Shown: piece by piece, positions 59,251-64,000 of the stretch
Layout of the letters: every line of letters begins with the position of its first letter
How positions within the stretch are numbered: position 1 is the stretch's first letter
Assembly: GCA_001464895.1 (NCBI GenBank)
Contig: LNEE01000037.1
Location: 59,653 to 123,652 of the forward strand
DNA length: 64,000 nt
Reading direction: 5' to 3'
Origin: Betaproteobacteria bacterium Ga0077532
Lineage (GTDB): Bacteria; Pseudomonadota; Gammaproteobacteria; Burkholderiales; Ga0077523
The notes under the pieces: model-generated
What the model was told of the DNA's origin: nothing
The model's database searches: none
The model's input: only the letters and a program-made list of their open reading frames with translations
Translations under genes and position numbers: made by a program

Positions 59251-60168
59251 TCAGGCGGAGTCCACGGGACGCCTGGCCATCAGGGCCCGACCCACGCGGG
59301 ACGCGTTGGCGCGTCCGATGGCCTCGCACACGAAACGCCCTGCCTCGGCGAGAAGGGGCAGGTCGACACCCGTCTCGATGCCGAGGCCATCCAGCAGATA
59401 GAGAACATCCTCGGTCGCCACATTGCCGGTGGCACCGGGCGCGTACGGACAACCGCCCAGACCCGCGACGGAACTGTCGAAGGTGGCGACACCGAGATCC
59501 ATCGCCGCGAGGATGTTCGCAAGGGCCTGGCCGTAGGTGTCGTGGAAATGCCCGGCGAGCCGCTCGACCGGCACTTCCCGGGCGACGGCCTCGAGCATCC
59601 GCTGGGTCTTCCCCGCCGTCCCCACGCCGATCGTGTCGCCGAGCGACACCTCGTAGCACCCCATGTCCGAAAGACGCCGGGCCACGTGCGCCACCGCCGA
59701 CGGCGCCACGTCGCCCTGGTACGGACAGCCCAGCACGACCGATATGTAGCCCCGCACCCGGAGGCCCTTGGCGAGCGCGACCTCGCAGACGGGTGCGAAG
59801 CGGTCGAGCGATTCGTCGATCGAGCAGTTGATGTTGCGGCGGGAAAAGGCCTCGGAGGCCGCGGCGAACACGGCCACTTCCTCCGCGCCCGCGGCGACAG
59901 CACCCTCCAGCCCTTTCATGTTCGGGACCAGCACCGGATAGCTGACCCCTGGCTTGCGCCGGATGCGCGCCATCACATCGGCGGCGTCGGCCATCTGCGG
60001 AACCCACTTAGGTGACACGAAGCTCGTCGCCTCGACCACCGGCAGACCGGCGTCCGCGAGCCGCTCGATGAGGGCGACCTTCGCGTCCGTCGACACCGGC
60101 CGGGCCTCGTTCTGCAGACCGTCGCGCGGACCCACCTCGACGATCCTCACCTTCGCTGGATGGCGCAT
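59251..60168 (-). CDS. liuE: Hydroxymethylglutaryl-CoA lyase
   Basis: 305 aa with VRIVEVGPRDGLQNE, EATSFVSPKWVPQM and GLGGCPYAPGATGNVATEDV. Confidence 0.9.
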   Translation of the reverse strand: MRHPAKVRIVEVGPRDGLQNEARPVSTDAKVALIERLADAGLPVVEATSFVSPKWVPQMADAADVMARIRRKPGVSYPVLVPNMKGLEGAVAAGAEEVAVFAAASEAFSRRNINCSIDESLDRFAPVCEVALAKGLRVRGYISVVLGCPYQGDVAPSAVAHVARRLSDMGCYEVSLGDTIGVGTAGKTQRMLEAVAREVPVERLAGHFHDTYGQALANILAAMDLGVATFDSSVAGLGGCPYAPGATGNVATEDVLYLLDGLGIETGVDLPLLAEAGRFVCEAIGRANASRVGRALMARRPVDSA

Positions 60169-60200
60169 GTCGTCTCCTTTCCGTGGCGTGGCGTGCCGGC

Positions 60201-62213
<2,013 letters not shown>

Positions 62214-62247
62214 CGGTGGGTGTCTTCCGTGCGGCGGGCGTCGTGGA

Positions 62248-63051
62248 TCAGGCGATCCAGCCGGCCCCGCGCTTTTCGAGAAATGCCGCGACGCCTTCCC
62301 TGCCCTCGGCGCCAGCCCGGGTCTGCGCGATGCGCCGGGCGGTGTCTTCCATCACCGCGGTGTCGATGGGTCGGTCGGATACGGCCGCGATGAGATCCTT
62401 CGACGCCGCGATGGCGTGCGGACCGCCCTTCAGCAGATGGCCGGTGAGCGTGGCGACCGCGGCATCGAGTTCCCCGGCATCGACCACTTCGGAGATCAAC
62501 CCGAGCCGCAGGGCCTCGGCGGCACCGAACCGCTCGGCGGTGAGGAAGTAGCGGCGCGCCGCGCGCTGGCCCATGGCCCGCACGACGTACGGGCTGATGA
62601 CCGCGGGGATCAGCCCGAGGCGCACCTCCGACAGGCAGAAGAGCGCCTCCGGCGCAGCCACTGCCATGTCGCAGCACGCCACGAGACCGACACCGCCGCC
62701 GAAGGCCGCGCCCTGCACGCGCGCGATGGTCGGCTTGTGCATGCGGTCGAGGACGTGCATCAACTCGGCGAGGTGCAAGGCGTCGCGGAGGTTCTCGGCC
62801 TCGGAGTACGTCGCCATGCGCTTCATCCACTGCAGGTCGGCGCCGGCGGAGAAGCTCTTGCCGTTCGCCGCGAGCACGACGACGCGCACCTTGCTGTCGG
62901 CATCGAGATGCCGCAGGACCGCCGTCAGCTCGGCGATCAGCACGTCATCGAATGCGTTGTGGACGTCGGCCCGGTCGAGCGTGAGCGTGGCGACGCCATC
63001 GGCGGCGACGGCACTGCGTACATATCGGGGATCATTCATCGCGGGGATCAC
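62248..63051 (-). CDS. liuC: Enoyl-CoA hydratase (probable methylglutaconyl-CoA hydratase)
   Basis: Crotonase fold (NAFDDVLIAELT..., FSAGADLQWM, GAAFGGGVGLVACCD). The listed start is a GTG overlapping the upstream stop. An ATG at 63037-63039 is an alternative. Confidence 0.85.
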   Translation of the reverse strand: MIPAMNDPRYVRSAVAADGVATLTLDRADVHNAFDDVLIAELTAVLRHLDADSKVRVVVLAANGKSFSAGADLQWMKRMATYSEAENLRDALHLAELMHVLDRMHKPTIARVQGAAFGGGVGLVACCDMAVAAPEALFCLSEVRLGLIPAVISPYVVRAMGQRAARRYFLTAERFGAAEALRLGLISEVVDAGELDAAVATLTGHLLKGGPHAIAASKDLIAAVSDRPIDTAVMEDTARRIAQTRAGAEGREGVAAFLEKRGAGWIA

Positions 63052-63344
63052 TCATCGGCTCTGGCCTTCGCACGGATCTCGTCCTTCAGCTTGCCGGGCA
63101 GGCGGTTCCAGTGGAGGTCCATCAGCGCACCCTGCAAGGCGTAGAGCATCACGGGCGTCACGTTGTAGCCGTGACCGCGCATCAGGCGGAAGGCGTTCAC
63201 CGCGCCCATCGTCTCGAGGTCCTTGCGGGTGTGGATGCCCACCGCCGCCAGCCATTTCGCGGACTGCGGGCCGATGTTCTTCAGGCTCGCCACGTCCACC
63301 TCCGAGGGGGGCAACCCCTTGGTCTCACCCTTCTTCTCGACCAT
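63048..63344 (-). CDS. TfoX C-terminal-domain-like small protein
   Basis: 98 aa from ATG 63342-63344: LKNIGPQSAKWLAAVGIHTRKDLETMGAVNAFRLMRGHGYNVTPVMLYALQGALMDLHWNRLP. In the ORF track it appears only as the tail of the artefactual ORF 63048..63989. Confidence 0.6.
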   Translation of the reverse strand: MVEKKGETKGLPPSEVDVASLKNIGPQSAKWLAAVGIHTRKDLETMGAVNAFRLMRGHGYNVTPVMLYALQGALMDLHWNRLPGKLKDEIRAKARADE

Positions 63345-63364
63345 CGCTCGCCCGTTGCCCTCGT

Positions 63365-64000
63365 CTACATGCGGAACACGCCGAAGCGGGTGGGTTCCGG
63401 CGGCGCATTCATCGCCGCGGACAACCCCAGCCCCAGCACCATCCGGGTGTCGGCCGGATCGATCACACCATCGTCCCAGAGGCGGGCGCTCGCGTAGTAC
63501 GGATGCCCCTGGACCTCGTACTGCTCGCGGATCGGGGCCTTGAAGGCTTCCTCGTCCTCCCGACTCCAGGTACCGCCCTTCGCCTCGATACCGTCCCGCC
63601 TCACCGTCGCGAGCACGCTCGCCGCCTGCTCGCCACCCATCACCGAAATGCGCGCGTTGGGCCACATCCAGAGGAAGCGCGGGCCGTACGCCCGGCCGCA
63701 CATCCCGTAGTTGCCGGCGCCGAAGCTGCCCCCGATGATGACCGTGAATTTCGGCACCTTCGCGCAGGCGACCGCCGTCACCATCTTCGCGCCGTCGGCC
63801 GCGATGCCACCGGCCTCGTACTTGCGCCCGACCATGAACCCCGAGATGTTCTGCAGGAACACGAGGGGAATTCCCCGCTGGGCGCACAACTCGATGAAGT
63901 GGGCGCCCTTCAGCGCCGACTCGGAGAACAGGATGCCATTGTTCGCGACGATCCCCACGGGGTATCCGTGGATGTGCGCGAAACCGCACACGAGGGTGGT
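63365..64000 (-). CDS. liuB: Methylcrotonyl-CoA carboxylase beta subunit (carboxyltransferase), C-terminal part; runs off right edge
   Basis: Contains [53 protein letters not shown] and [18 protein letters not shown]. Confidence 0.9.
   Translation of the reverse strand, partial: TTLVCGFAHIHGYPVGIVANNGILFSESALKGAHFIELCAQRGIPLVFLQNISGFMVGRKYEAGGIAADGAKMVTAVACAKVPKFTVIIGGSFGAGNYGMCGRAYGPRFLWMWPNARISVMGGEQAASVLATVRRDGIEAKGGTWSREDEEAFKAPIREQYEVQGHPYYASARLWDDGVIDPADTRMVLGLGLSAAMNAPPEPTRFGVFRM

Noticed and set aside
63365-63989. ORF 63048..63989 (313 aa) read as one protein
   Set aside because: Above 63344 this frame is an out-of-frame overlap of the carboxyltransferase gene and gives Arg/Gly-rich nonsense. 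Only its last 98 codons (63048..63344), starting at an internal ATG, form a sensible TfoX_C-like protein.

Overview
High-GC window with a gene order typical of Betaproteobacteria. On the minus strand it runs nuoG'-F-E-D-C-B-A, tRNA-Leu, secG, tpiA, pstBACS, glmM, folP, ftsH, rlmE, (yhbY on plus), greA, carBA, dapB, bamE, (fur on plus), recN, nadK. These are followed by hrcA (plus), hemH (plus), a small accessory cluster, and a leucine-catabolism (liu-type) operon that runs off the right edge. The outstanding feature is one uninterrupted minus-strand ORF of about 23.9 kb (27603..51530, about 7,975 aa, 37% of the window) lying between hrcA and hemH. By eye its product has: an N-terminal LEPR-XLL-like motif and no classical signal peptide; about 1,740 aa with no recognisable domain; an internal 677-aa RTX calcium-binding block; seven W-rich propeller-like repeats; five parallel beta-helix modules interleaved with lectin-like domains (CBM4/9-like, golvesin-C-like, two malectin-like); a NIDO-like domain; Ig-like, tandem-95 and PKD repeats; and an adjacent cohesin-like plus dockerin-like pair before a Pro/Ala-rich tail. 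No type I secretion genes, LapG/LapD-type genes or mobility genes are present in the window. Smaller observations: a 150-bp insertion carrying a ghost copy of the nuoD start between nuoC and nuoD; an octanucleotide repeat (6 copies) inside a small ORF with a Shine-Dalgarno (SD) site between bamE and fur; 14-bp tandem repeats upstream of carA; a Pho box that argues for a shorter pstS start; and twin CGTGTG-N7-CACACG palindromes over a sigma70-like promoter for a 44-codon exported peptide. All domain calls come from motif recognition by eye and need HMM or structure confirmation.
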